Source: an uncultured delta proteobacterium (GTDB lineage: Bacteria; Desulfobacterota; Binatia; UTPRO1). Taken from it: a DNA stretch of 64,000 bases. Below are positions 42,204 through 52,137 of this stretch, piece by piece. Position 1 is the first letter of the stretch; every line of letters starts with the position of its first letter. Both the position numbers and the translations under genes were made by a program. The stretch is taken from assembly GCA_963797545.1 (NCBI GenBank), contig CAWCPU010000003.1:54703-118702 (forward strand). The letters run 5' to 3'. The notes below the pieces were generated by a model, which ran no database searches, was not told where the DNA came from, and saw only the letters and a list, made by a program, of their open reading frames with translations.

Positions 42204-43121
42204 ATGATCTGGCTCCAGCTCTCGGCGGTCGCCGCTGCGGCGGCGGGCCTGGTCGCGCTGCAAGTGCTCAGCGGCGCCGCGCAGCTGCTGTTCGTTCTGC
42301 TCGCCCTCCTGACCGCCGGCAGCCTCGGCGTGATCTCCCTTCGCGGCCTCGAGAGCGAGGAGGTCGCGCGCGCCGACGCGCGCAATCTCAAGGCTGAGCT
42401 GCTGCGGAACGTCTCGCACGAGCTGCGGACGCCGCTCAACGCGATCCTCGGCTACGCCGAGATCCTCGACACGATGCCGGAGCTCGCCGGCGACGAGCGC
42501 GACCAGATGGTGACGCGGATTCTTTCGAACGCGGTCACGCTCACCTGCGCCGTCAACAACCTGCTCGCGTACTCGGCGGTGGTTGCCGGGGACGCCGCGC
42601 TCAGACCGGGATCGGTCCTGTTGAGCGAGCTCTTCGAGGAGCTCGAGCCCTGGGTCGGGCGCTTGATCGACGAGAAGCCGATCGCGTTCGCGTGGGCCGT
42701 CGACCCGAGCTTGCCGCCCCTCCAGACCGACCGCTCGAAGCTTCGTCAGATGGTGTTGAACGTGCTTGCCAACGCCGCCAAGTTCACGCTCGCCGGTGAG
42801 ATCCGGCTGTCGGCGCGGCGCGCCGGCGTGCGGGCCGATCTCGAGCTGATCGAGATCGCGGTCGCCGACACCGGCGTCGGCATGAGCGCCAGCGAGCAAC
42901 AGAAGATCTTCGAGGACTTCCGCCAAGTATCCGGCTCGACTACCCGCCCGTTCAGCGGCATGGGACTCGGCCTGACGCTGGCGAGACGATTCTGCGAGCT
43001 CTTGGGCGGCTCGATCGCCGTCGAGAGCACGCCGGAGAAAGGGACGCGGGTGGCGTTGCATCTGCCGGTCGCCATGCCGGCAACTGCCGCGCTCGTCACC
43101 ACCGCCGGGGTACGGACCTGA
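42204..43121 (+). CDS. Sensor histidine kinase (two TM helices, HisKA plus HATPase_c); no cognate response regulator adjacent
   Basis: NVSHELRTPLNAILGYAEIL H-box; N, G1, G2 boxes (GLGLTLARRFCELLGG). Confidence 0.75.
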   Translation: MIWLQLSAVAAAAAGLVALQVLSGAAQLLFVLLALLTAGSLGVISLRGLESEEVARADARNLKAELLRNVSHELRTPLNAILGYAEILDTMPELAGDERDQMVTRILSNAVTLTCAVNNLLAYSAVVAGDAALRPGSVLLSELFEELEPWVGRLIDEKPIAFAWAVDPSLPPLQTDRSKLRQMVLNVLANAAKFTLAGEIRLSARRAGVRADLELIEIAVADTGVGMSASEQQKIFEDFRQVSGSTTRPFSGMGLGLTLARRFCELLGGSIAVESTPEKGTRVALHLPVAMPATAALVTTAGVRT

Positions 43122-43283
43122 CGGACCGCTACGCTTTTGCCATGGCGAGCCACCGATTCATCGTCGTAACTCTCAGTCCTGGCACGTGGTTGGTGCCCTT
43201 CGCCGGCACGATCGACGCGGGCATGACCCTTGCTGAACGCGATACAAACGTCCGGGTTCACGGGCGGCCGTTCGGAGGTCGAG

Positions 43284-43439
43284 ATGGAAACGCAAGCTCA
43301 GCTCACGTTGCTGGATCTGATCGAGGTCGTCGCCGAGGTCACCGATTCCGAGGCGGAGCTCGTCAGCGTGGTCGCGCATCTCGTGAATAGCGGCCGGGTT
43401 CGTCTGATCGGCAATTTCCGCGGCGCGCGGATCGAGTAG
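43284..43439 (+). CDS. Small hypothetical protein (51 aa)
   Basis: GGAGG RBS 5 nt upstream of ATG; a TGGCACG-containing sigma-54-like sequence lies ~100 bp upstream (weak -12 element). Confidence 0.35.
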   Translation: METQAQLTLLDLIEVVAEVTDSEAELVSVVAHLVNSGRVRLIGNFRGARIE

Positions 43440-43601
43440 CGGCCTGGCCGTCACGCCTCCGGCGCGGGGTAGATCCGCCGCGCCGCCACGGTGACCTCGA
43501 TCGCCGCGCGTCGCACGCAGCCGACCGCGCGTCGGGCATCGACCTCACGGCGCATGGCCGCCCCAGCCGAGCGCGCGGCGACGTCGCTCCGAGCCGCCCG
43601 C

Positions 43602-45245
43602 TCAGGCCGATCGACCCAGGCCGAGCTCCTCGGCCATCAGCTCACGCATCTTGAATTTCTGGACCTTGCCGCTCAACGTCATCGGATACGCGTCGACGAA
43701 GCGGACGTAGCGCGGCACCTTGTAGCGAGCGACCCGCTCGCGGCAGAAGTCGCGGATCTCCTCCGCGGTCGCGCTCGCGCCGGGCTCGAGGCGCACCCAC
43801 GCGGCGACCTCCTCTCCGAGGCGCGGATCGGGAATCCCGAACACCTGCGCGTCGCGCAGCTTCGGATGGGTGTCGAGCAGCGCCTCGATCTCCCGCGGAT
43901 AGACGTTCTCGCCGCCGCGGATCACCAGCTCCTTCATGCGGCCGGTGATCCGGCAGTAGCCGTGCTCGTCCATCGTCGCGAGGTCGCCGGTGTGGAGCCA
44001 GCCGTCACGATCGATCGCCGCCGCGGTCGCGTCCGGCATGGCGTAGTAGCCGCGCATCACGAGGTAGCCGCGGGTGCAGAGCTCGCCCTGAGTCCCGCGC
44101 GGCACCTCCCGGCCCGAGGCCGGATCGACGACCCGCACCTCGACGCGCGGCAGCGCGCGGCCGACCGTCGCGACCCGGACCTCGAGCGGGTCCTCGGCGC
44201 GCGTCTGCGTGATGATCGGTGATGCTTCGGTCTGCCCGTATGCGATCGTGAGCTCGGGCACGTGCATCTGCTTCACCACCCGGCGCATCACCTCGGCCGG
44301 GCACGGCGCGCCGCCCATGATGCCGGTCCGCAGCGACGAGAGATCGACCTCTGCGAAGCGCGGGTGCGCGAGCTCCTCGACGAACATCGCCGGCACGCCG
44401 TAGACCGCGGTACAGCGCTCGCGGGCGATCGCGTCGAGGGTCTTGCCGGCGTCGAAGGAGTCCGCCGGCACGACCATCGTCGCGGCGCGGCTCACGACCA
44501 GGAGCGTCCCGAGAACGCAGCCGAAGCAATGGAAGAACGGCACCGGCACGCACAGGCGGTCGTTCCGGGAGAAGCGCATGCATTCGGCGACGTCGTGGGC
44601 GTTGGTGAGGATGCTCCGGTGCGTCAGCTCGGCGGCTTTCGCGAAACCGGTCGTCCCGGAGGTGTACTGAATCGTGGCGGGGTCGCTCGGATCGACGGAG
44701 TCCTGACGGCGGCGCAGCAGGTGGTCGGTGATGCCGGCGCCCGCGGCGAGCACCTCGGGCCACGCGAGCATCCCGGGCGCGGCCAGGCCGTCGAAGAGCG
44801 CGACGCGCTTCAGCCGCGGGAAGCGCTTGCTCGCGAGCCGGCCCGGCCGGGCGCGGGAGAGCTCGGGGCAGCATTCCGCGATCAGGTCGAGGCAGCTGGC
44901 GTCGCGAAAGCGGTCGATCAGAAACAAGGTCGTCGCGTCCGATTGCTCGAGCACGTAGGCGAGCTCGCCGGCGCGATACGCGGGATTCACCGTGACGAGC
45001 ACCGCCCCGATCTTGGCGATCGCGAGCTGGAGGAGGACCCACTCCGGCCGGTTGGTCGCCCACACCGCGACGTGATCGCCTTGCTCGACGCCGAGACCGA
45101 GCAGGCCTTTCGCGAGCTGATTGCTGCGGACGAGCACGTCGCGATAGGTCCAGCGCACGCCGTGGTCGGGAAAGACCAACGCCTCGCGATCACCCGCGCC
45201 GTGCGCGACGCGATCGAAGAGATCGCCGATCGTGATCCGCTCCAT
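43602..45245 (-). CDS. AMP-dependent synthetase/ligase (acyl-CoA ligase family)
   Basis: 547 aa, TSGTTGFAKAAELTHRS AMP-binding motif, intact. Confidence 0.85.
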   Translation of the reverse strand: MERITIGDLFDRVAHGAGDREALVFPDHGVRWTYRDVLVRSNQLAKGLLGLGVEQGDHVAVWATNRPEWVLLQLAIAKIGAVLVTVNPAYRAGELAYVLEQSDATTLFLIDRFRDASCLDLIAECCPELSRARPGRLASKRFPRLKRVALFDGLAAPGMLAWPEVLAAGAGITDHLLRRRQDSVDPSDPATIQYTSGTTGFAKAAELTHRSILTNAHDVAECMRFSRNDRLCVPVPFFHCFGCVLGTLLVVSRAATMVVPADSFDAGKTLDAIARERCTAVYGVPAMFVEELAHPRFAEVDLSSLRTGIMGGAPCPAEVMRRVVKQMHVPELTIAYGQTEASPIITQTRAEDPLEVRVATVGRALPRVEVRVVDPASGREVPRGTQGELCTRGYLVMRGYYAMPDATAAAIDRDGWLHTGDLATMDEHGYCRITGRMKELVIRGGENVYPREIEALLDTHPKLRDAQVFGIPDPRLGEEVAAWVRLEPGASATAEEIRDFCRERVARYKVPRYVRFVDAYPMTLSGKVQKFKMRELMAEELGLGRSA

Positions 45246-45283
45246 GGGGGACGTCTAGCATCCATGCTACGAGACGCACCAAC

Positions 45284-45896
45284 GTGGAGGACGCGCTCTA
45301 TCGCCTGCTGCGGACGCTGATCGCGCCGGCCGCCGACGTGTACTTCCGGCTGCGCGCGAGCGGCGCCGATCAGCTGCCGGCGGGTGGGTTCATCGTCGCG
45401 GCCAACCACTCGTCGCTCCTCGACTGGGTGTTCGTCGCGCGCTTCGTCGATCGGCCGGTGCGCTTCGTCCTGACCCGCGACTTCTTCGACCAGCCGCGCT
45501 TGCAGTGGGCTTACCGGCGGCTCGGCGTGATTCCGATTCGCGACGGCGCGATCGAGCTCTCGGCGGTCCGCCAGCTCTTCGCAACCCTTCGCCGCGGCGA
45601 GATCGTCGGCATCTTTCCGGAAGGGCGCATCACCCGCGACGGGAATCTGCTCGCCCGCGCAGCCGGGCGTCATCGCGATCGCCGCGCGCGCCGCGGTGCC
45701 GATCGTCCCGGCGGGCGTCGCCGGCGCCTTCGAGGCGTTTCCGCGCGAGGCGCGTTTGCCGCTGCCGCGACCCGTCCGCGTTCGGTTCGGCGCGCCGCTG
45801 CCGGTGTCGCGTGCCGCCGCGACCGACCGTCTGTTGCAAGCCGAGCTCGCGAGCGAGCTGATGCGGCGCATCGCGCGACTGCGCGACGAGGCGTAG
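45284..45896 (+). CDS. plsC: 1-acyl-sn-glycerol-3-phosphate acyltransferase (PlsC-like), one frameshift near 45660
   Basis: NHSSLLD, FPEGRITRDG. The C-terminal part continues in ORF 45696..45896. Confidence 0.7.
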
Positions 45897-45928
45897 GCCG
45901 CCGCCGCTCGAACGGTCGCGGCGGACGA

Positions 45929-46435
45929 TCAGCGGACGTAGGGAACCGGCGCGCCGCTCGCGGCGTCGGCGATGCGCACGCGGTGGATCGGCATCAGCTC
46001 CGCCGGCAACGCCGCGGGATCGAACCACGCGAGCGCCGCGGTTTCGTCGCCGAGCGTGAGGGTGCCGTCGGCGCGGTCGCACTCGAAGCACACGCTGACG
46101 AAGTGGATCACGTTGCCGTCCGGGTAGGTGACGATCTGGTGATGGACGGGGTCCGAGTAGATGCCGACGACGCGCCCGACGCCGATCGCGAGGCCGGTCT
46201 CCTCGCGCACCTCGCGCTCGAGCGCCGCGAGCACCGACTCGCCGTACTCGACCGCGCCGCCCGGAAGGCCCCACAGATCGTTGTCGGTTCGGCGTTGCAG
46301 GAGCACGCGGCCGCCGGCGTCGCGGATCACGGCGGAGACGCCGGGGCGGATGGTGGGCGTGCTCACGTCGAGGGCGGCGGGTTGCGGGAGCACATGTCGC
46401 CGACGACCGAAGCGACACCGGAGGCCGGCCGCCAA
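45929..46435 (-). CDS. NUDIX hydrolase
   Basis: Nudix box GLPGGAVEYGESVLAALEREVREETGL. Confidence 0.75.
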   Translation of the reverse strand: MAAGLRCRFGRRRHVLPQPAALDVSTPTIRPGVSAVIRDAGGRVLLQRRTDNDLWGLPGGAVEYGESVLAALEREVREETGLAIGVGRVVGIYSDPVHHQIVTYPDGNVIHFVSVCFECDRADGTLTLGDETAALAWFDPAALPAELMPIHRVRIADAASGAPVPYVR

Positions 46436-46448
46436 GGATCGGTCGCGA

Positions 46449-47524
46449 TCAGCGCGCCTCGATGCCCGCGGCGCGCTCGGCGAGCTGCGTCTCGATCGCC
46501 GCGGCGACGTCGAAGAACGCGCGGCTCTGCGGGTGCTGGGGATCGGCGGCGACGATCGGCATGCCGCGGTCGCCGGCCTCGCGGATCGCGGTCAGCAGCG
46601 GGATCTCGCCGAGAAAGGGCACGCCGCTCTCGCCGCGCCATCGCCTCGCCGCCGCCGTGGCCGAAGATGTCGTGGCGGCGGCCGCAGCCGGGGCACAGGT
46701 GATAGCTCATGTTCTCGACGACGCCGAGCACCGGGGCGTTGACCTGCTCGAACATGGTGATCCCGCGCTTCACGTCGAGGAGCGCGACGTCTTGCGGCGT
46801 GGTGACGATCACCCCGCCCGCGAGCGGCACCTGCTGGGCGACGGTGAGCTGGGCGTCGCCGGTCCCGGGCGGCAGGTCGAGGACGAGATAGTCGAGCTCG
46901 CCCCATTCGACCTTGCGAAAGAACTCGGTGATGAGCTTCGTCACCATCGGGCCGCGCCAGATGACCGGTGTGCGCTCGCCGAGGAACATCCCCATCGAGA
47001 TCGTCTTGAGGCCGAGCTTCTCGACCGGCACGATGCGGCGGTCCTCCTTGAGCTCCGGCTTGGCATCGACGCCGAGCATCATCGGGACGCTCGGGCCGTA
47101 GACGTCGGCGTCGAGAAGTCCGACGCGGCGGCCGCGCGCGGCGAGCGCGCACGCGAGGTTGACGGCGACGGTCGATTTGCCGACGCCGCCCTTGCCCGAG
47201 GCGACGGCGACGATGTGCTCGACGCCGGGAATCGGCGCGCGCGCGCGCGGCACGCCCGCCCGCGGCCGGTCGCGGCGCCTGCTCGACGCGAACCTCGACC
47301 GGGAGCGCCGCGAGCTTCTCGACGATCGCGGCGACCTCGCGGCGGATCGCGGCGACGATCTCCTCGTTGGCGGAGATCGCGCCGAGCTCGACGGTGACGC
47401 CGCGGGCACCGATCTGGATGTCCTTCACCAGGCCGAAGGAGACGATGTCGCGCGAGAAGCCCGGATACTTCACTTGCTTCAGCGCTTCGAGCAGGGACTG
47501 CGGCGTTGCCATCCGCAAGCGCAT
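46449..47524 (-). CDS. mrp: Fe-S cluster carrier ATPase Mrp/ApbC, two frameshifts (~46640, ~47260)
   Basis: N-terminal DUF59-like part (ORF 46592..47524), then VASGKGGVGKSTVAVNLA, CPGCG..HDIFG (ORF 46363..47409), then a C-terminal end recovered in a third frame. Confidence 0.8.
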
Positions 47525-47733
47525 AGCATGCGCGCAATGGCAGGGGAAATTTCGCGCCGCGCGGGGCGCTCACGGCACCCCGAGGTGTGCCACTGGCGCG
47601 CTCGCGCATGCGGTTGCCGCGCGAAGACGCCGTATCGGCGCGGCGTGACGGGCGTCCGAGTCGATGGTCCGGCGCTTGCTTTCCGTCGCTATAGTTCCGG
47701 CGCTACGCGCCACTATGAGACGGAGGATAGGCC

Positions 47734-47988
47734 ATGAGCGAAGAGAACGTGCATCAGAGCATTCGGGAGCTGCGCATCCGGCTGGGGATGACGCAGGAGG
47801 AGTTCGCGCACGCGGTCGCGGTGACCTTCTCGACGGTGAACCGCTGGGAGAACGGCCACGCCAAGCCGAGCAAGCTGGCGCGGCGTGCGATCGAGGCGCT
47901 CGCGCGGCGCGGCGCGCCGCGACGGGACGTGGTGCCGAACATCGGCGGCCCCGAGCGCATGGAGATGTTGGCTGCCGAGTCGCAGTGA
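47734..47988 (+). CDS. XRE-family helix-turn-helix transcriptional regulator
   Basis: LGMTQEEFAHAVAVTFSTVNRWENG. Confidence 0.7.
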   Translation: MSEENVHQSIRELRIRLGMTQEEFAHAVAVTFSTVNRWENGHAKPSKLARRAIEALARRGAPRRDVVPNIGGPERMEMLAAESQ

Positions 47989-48307
47989 ACGCGTCGCGAG
48001 CGACCGCCGCGGACGCCGTGGTCCCCGGCGGTCCGCTCGATCGACGCCGCCGCATCGGCTCGCCGCCGAACGAGCTGCCGCCGCCTGACCGCCGTGGCGT
48101 CGCCGCAGGCGGTCGCGTCTTTCCGTCCCAGCCCCGCGCCTGACTCACCATCGTTCCCGGACGGCCGCCGCCGGCGGCCGTGGCGGCCGCGACGACCGCG
48201 CCGCGACCTCGGCGTCGCCACCCGGTGCGCGACATCGACGACGCGGTTGCCGACCTCTCCGGGAGCGCCTATTCTCGCGTCGGCTCGACGTCCGGTCGCG
48301 CAGCTCC

Positions 48308-49138
48308 ATGAAGCGACGGCGATCACATACTCCGGCGGGCCGCACGGCCACGCCGGCGCCTTTTCACGCGCCCTTTCGCGACCTCGGCGGTCGCATCGCG
48401 GTCCGGACGGATGCGCTCCACGATCGAGCAAAGAACGGCGGCACGACCCAGGCGCGGGCGCGGGTTCCGCCGCTGCCGCGCGTCGCGACCGACGGCGCGC
48501 CCGATCGCGGCGGCCCCTCCCGTGACGGCCTGGCCGCGGACGCGGCGGCCGAAGACGACGTGACGTCGTTTCTCCGCGCCGTCGCCGACGTGCGCCGGCT
48601 CGACGGTGACGCGCGCATCGATGCGCCGTCGCCGGCGGTCGCCGTCGCGCCGCGGGCGGCGATCGACGAGGAAGCCGAGGCGCTCGCCGTGTTGTCCGAT
48701 CTCGTGTCGGGCGCCGGCGGTTTCGACATCAGCGACTCCACCGAGTACCTCGAGGGCAGCGTCGTCGGTCTCGATCCGCGCATCCTCCGGCGCCTGCGAC
48801 ACGGCGAGTTCCCGTATCACGCGATCCTCGACCTGCACGGGATGAGCGCCGCGGCGGCGCGCGCCGCGGTCGAGGCGTTCGTGGTCGACGCGTTTCGCGC
48901 CGGCCGGCGCTGCGTGCTGATCGTGCACGGACGCGGCCGCAACTCGCGCGACCGGACGCCGGTCCTGAAGGAGGGGCTCAAGAGCTGGCTCGCGCACGGA
49001 CGGGTCGGCCGCTCGGTGCTCGCGTTCACCTCGGCGCGTCCGGCGGACGGCGGCACCGGCGCGCTCTACGTCCTGCTCCGGCGCCGCCGCGGCGTGAAGG
49101 AGCCGATCGCGGTTTACGAAGGCGCGAAACGCGAATGA
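48308..49138 (+). CDS. Smr-domain protein (SmrB-like); true start probably downstream of 48308
   Basis: ...HAILDLHGMSAAAARAAVEAFV...CVLIVHGRGRNS...VLKEGLKSWL; the N-terminal third is low-complexity. Confidence 0.6.
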   Translation: MKRRRSHTPAGRTATPAPFHAPFRDLGGRIAVRTDALHDRAKNGGTTQARARVPPLPRVATDGAPDRGGPSRDGLAADAAAEDDVTSFLRAVADVRRLDGDARIDAPSPAVAVAPRAAIDEEAEALAVLSDLVSGAGGFDISDSTEYLEGSVVGLDPRILRRLRHGEFPYHAILDLHGMSAAAARAAVEAFVVDAFRAGRRCVLIVHGRGRNSRDRTPVLKEGLKSWLAHGRVGRSVLAFTSARPADGGTGALYVLLRRRRGVKEPIAVYEGAKRE

Positions 49139-49686
49139 TCAGCGCCGCCGACGCCTGCACGCTCTTGCGCGTCGTCCTGGCGCCGGTCTTCGTGTCCACC
49201 TTGGCCGCGGCCGGAGGACGCCCGAGCTTCCTGCCGGTCGCCGTTTGCGCCGTCGCGATGGCGAGCGACTTCGCCGACGGGCGTCTGGCGCGGCGTTTCG
49301 GCAGCGCGTCGGCGTTCGGCCGCTTCTTCGATCACGGCGCCGACGCCCTGTTCCTGTTTCCGGGTCTCGCCGCGCTGGCGGCGCTCGGGCTGGTGCCCGC
49401 CCTCCTGCCGGTCGCCGCGACGGTTGCCTTCGCGCTCTACGTGGTCGACGGCTGGCGGCGGGGCGGCGGCGGGCGCGTCGTGCTCTCCCCGAGCCGCACG
49501 GGCGCGCTCGCGGGCGTCGCCAACTACGGCGTCGCCGCGGTGGGAGCGCTGGCCGTCGGCTTGCGCGTGCCGCATCTCGCCCCAGCGGTCCATGCCGGCG
49601 CGACGATCGTCGCGCTGCTGAACGTCGCGGCGGCGGCCGACCGGGTCTGCACGATCGTGCGGGAGAGTCGTCCCGCGGCAGCGTGA
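49135..49686 (+). CDS. CDP-alcohol phosphatidyltransferase family protein (small)
   Basis: DFADGRLARRFGSASAFGRFFDHGADALF matches the D-G-x2-A-R...G-x3-D-x3-D motif; membrane protein. Confidence 0.65.
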   Translation: MISAADACTLLRVVLAPVFVSTLAAAGGRPSFLPVAVCAVAMASDFADGRLARRFGSASAFGRFFDHGADALFLFPGLAALAALGLVPALLPVAATVAFALYVVDGWRRGGGGRVVLSPSRTGALAGVANYGVAAVGALAVGLRVPHLAPAVHAGATIVALLNVAAAADRVCTIVRESRPAAA

Positions 49687-49765
49687 CGCGATCCGCCGTC
49701 ACGGCGCGTGCCCGGCGGGTGACTCTGCGAGGCGCAGCGGCGCGCCGCGGGTTTCGTTCGCCTGC

Positions 49766-50737
49766 TCACGCGTCCGCGCGCGCGCGCGGCATCAGCTCGC
49801 GCGACGCGCGCGGCAGAAACGGAATCCCGAGCGACGCGTTCATGATCATGAAGATGAAGTGCGTCGCGAGGCTGAAGGCGAGCAGGGTCGCGGCCGGCGC
49901 CTCACGCGAGAAGAAGTACAGCCAGAGCGCCTGCGGCGCGCCGAGGTGCGCGACGCCGATCGGCAAGGCGGCGGAGAAGAAGATGATCGGCAGACACACC
50001 AGCAGGTCGCCGTACGCGAGCCGCATGCCGAAGCAACGGACCGCGACGTAGTAGACCACGGTCGCCATCAAGAAGTTGGGGCTCTTGTAGAGCAGCAGCA
50101 GCAGGTAGTGCGACGGCCGGGCGAGCCGGAAGCTGCGGAGGATGGTGCGGTCGCGAAGCCAGCCGATGCGCTCGGCCGCCCACCGGAACACGATCAGGTG
50201 CACGACCAGGTAGCCGTAGAGCGCGAGGAAGACCGGCCCCAGCGGCAGATCGGTCGCGCCGGGCGCCAGCGCGAAGCCGATGCTCGAGAACAACACCAGC
50301 TGGTAGAGCTCGACGAACATCATGAACAGCACCGAGCTCGCCGCCTCCAGGAACGGCACGCGCTCGCGACGATTGAGATAGAGGGCGATGCCGCCCTGTC
50401 CGAGCTGCGAGTTGATCAGGGTGAGGAGGTAGGTCGTCGCGCGGATCGGCAGCACGTCGCGGTAGGCGACCCGGCAGTTGAACCAATTCACCACGCGCGT
50501 GATGCAGAAGGTGTCGACGAGCAGGTACATCACCGAGTACGGCACCATGATCGCGACGTACGGCGCGAGCCGCGCGCCGGCGAGGGCGTGCCAGACCAAC
50601 GCGAACGGCACGCGGCTGAAGATCACCGCGAAGATCGCGGCGGTGACCGCCCACGGCAGCAAGCGGATCGGGAGCGGCGGCCGGCGAGAGGGCACGCCGT
50701 CGTGCGGCGTCGGCGCGCGCGCTGCCGGGTGCGTCAC
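49766..50737 (-). CDS. Flippase-like / lysylphosphatidylglycerol-synthase TM-region (UPF0104) family membrane protein
   Basis: Polytopic membrane protein of the UPF0104 family, ~320 aa. Confidence 0.6.
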   Translation of the reverse strand: MTHPAARAPTPHDGVPSRRPPLPIRLLPWAVTAAIFAVIFSRVPFALVWHALAGARLAPYVAIMVPYSVMYLLVDTFCITRVVNWFNCRVAYRDVLPIRATTYLLTLINSQLGQGGIALYLNRRERVPFLEAASSVLFMMFVELYQLVLFSSIGFALAPGATDLPLGPVFLALYGYLVVHLIVFRWAAERIGWLRDRTILRSFRLARPSHYLLLLLYKSPNFLMATVVYYVAVRCFGMRLAYGDLLVCLPIIFFSAALPIGVAHLGAPQALWLYFFSREAPAATLLAFSLATHFIFMIMNASLGIPFLPRASRELMPRARADA

Positions 50738-50859
50738 GCGCGGACCATAACGGCGGCTCGTGACCGTGACAATCGCGCGCGAGCATCGACCGCGCCCGCC
50801 GGTCGCGCGCGGCGAACTGCCTTGACTTGCAGCGAAACCGGCTCTTAGAACCGACTGCC

Positions 50860-51709
50860 ATGTCGTGCCGCCGCTTGGTCGTCGCGCTGGTCGTGATGTC
50901 GGCGTGCACGTCGATGCAGGAGCAGTACACCGTCCGGCGCAGCAACATCTCGTGCGACGAGGCGAACCGCTACGCGTACCGGAGCATGCAGACGCTCGGC
51001 TACGACGTCACGGAATTCCAGGTCGCATCGGTCGGGGAGCGCGGCGGGATCAAGGGCGTCAAGCACGACGATCACGGCAGCACGCACAACGTGCACGTCG
51101 AGCATCGACTGCGAGCCGAAAGAGGTCGTGGTGGCGGCGTCGGAGGAGCAGTTCCTCAAGCAGGACCTCACGTTCACGCGCGGCTTCTACCTCAGCTTCA
51201 CGAGCCTCGCGGATCACGGCGCCGAGACCCAGGAGTGGAAGAATCAGCAGTCGGGCGGAACCGCGAGCGGCGGCGCCAAGGTCGAGATCCGCCCGCAGCT
51301 CGGGCTCGAGAGCAAGCTCGACTTCGGCGAGGACCTCGCGGCTGCCGGCATCCTCGCCGTCAAGGTCGTCATCCAGAACGGCAGCGACCGGACCTACGAG
51401 CTCGACCCGGCGGCGATCGAGCTGCGACCGGCCGAGGGCAGCGGCAAGATCGCGCAGATCCCGCTGCGCGACGCCGCCGCGGCGCTCGCACGTTCGGCGG
51501 CGGCGGATCGCGGCGAAGGCGCGCCGTCGCCCGACGCGACGCAGATGGAGAATCTGCTCCGGCAGCGCGCGCTCGGCGCACACCGGCTCCGGCCCGGCGA
51601 GCGCGCCGAGGGCTTTCTGTACTTTCCGGTCGGCCACTACGCGCGGGCGCGGGCGACGCTCGTCGACGTCGCGACCGACGAGGAGGAAGGATTCCTCGTC
51701 GAGTTCTGA
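50860..51709 (+). CDS. Putative lipoprotein (signal MSCRRLVVALVVMSAC), frameshift near 51110
   Basis: Lipobox VMSAC. The protein continues in ORF 51128..51709 after ...HNVHVEH. Confidence 0.5.
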
Positions 51710-51718
51710 GGAGGCTCC

Positions 51719-52084
51719 ATGACCGGTCGTGATGCGCTCCTGCAGGCGTTCGATCGCCTGTTCGCCAAGGCCTCGAAGAAGCTCTCCGTCGAGTGCAGCG
51801 CGGAGGAGAAGGACGAGGCGAAGCGCCGCTTCCAGGAGCGCTTCTCGATGCTGCTCGACGCGTTGAAGCAGCTCCAGCTGCGGGAGCTGCCGGAAGAGGC
51901 CGTACAGAGCATGGAGGAGGGAATCGAGAAGCTCTCGCCCGCGGAGCTCGTCGCGCTCCTCGCGTCGGTGCCGCTCGTGACCCACGCGCAGGAGATGCTG
52001 CGGACGCTCGCCTACCGCGCCGCCGAGCAGCGGCTGCTCGAGCACTACATCCGCAACGCCGACGACCGCTACGGAGGCAGCTGA
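51719..52084 (+). CDS. Hypothetical helical protein (121 aa)
   Basis: ORF immediately after the lipoprotein gene; protein-like composition. Confidence 0.4.
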   Translation: MTGRDALLQAFDRLFAKASKKLSVECSAEEKDEAKRRFQERFSMLLDALKQLQLRELPEEAVQSMEEGIEKLSPAELVALLASVPLVTHAQEMLRTLAYRAAEQRLLEHYIRNADDRYGGS

Positions 52085-52137
52085 CGAGCACGCGAGGCGC
52101 GCCCGTCAGCTCGGGGAGATCTTCGGCGGATCGAGCG

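Noticed and set aside
43176-43196. TGGCACG-containing sigma-54-like element upstream of the 51-aa ORF
   Set aside because: The -12 element is off-register (TGGT/GC displaced by 2 nt); kept only as a note in the feature evidence.
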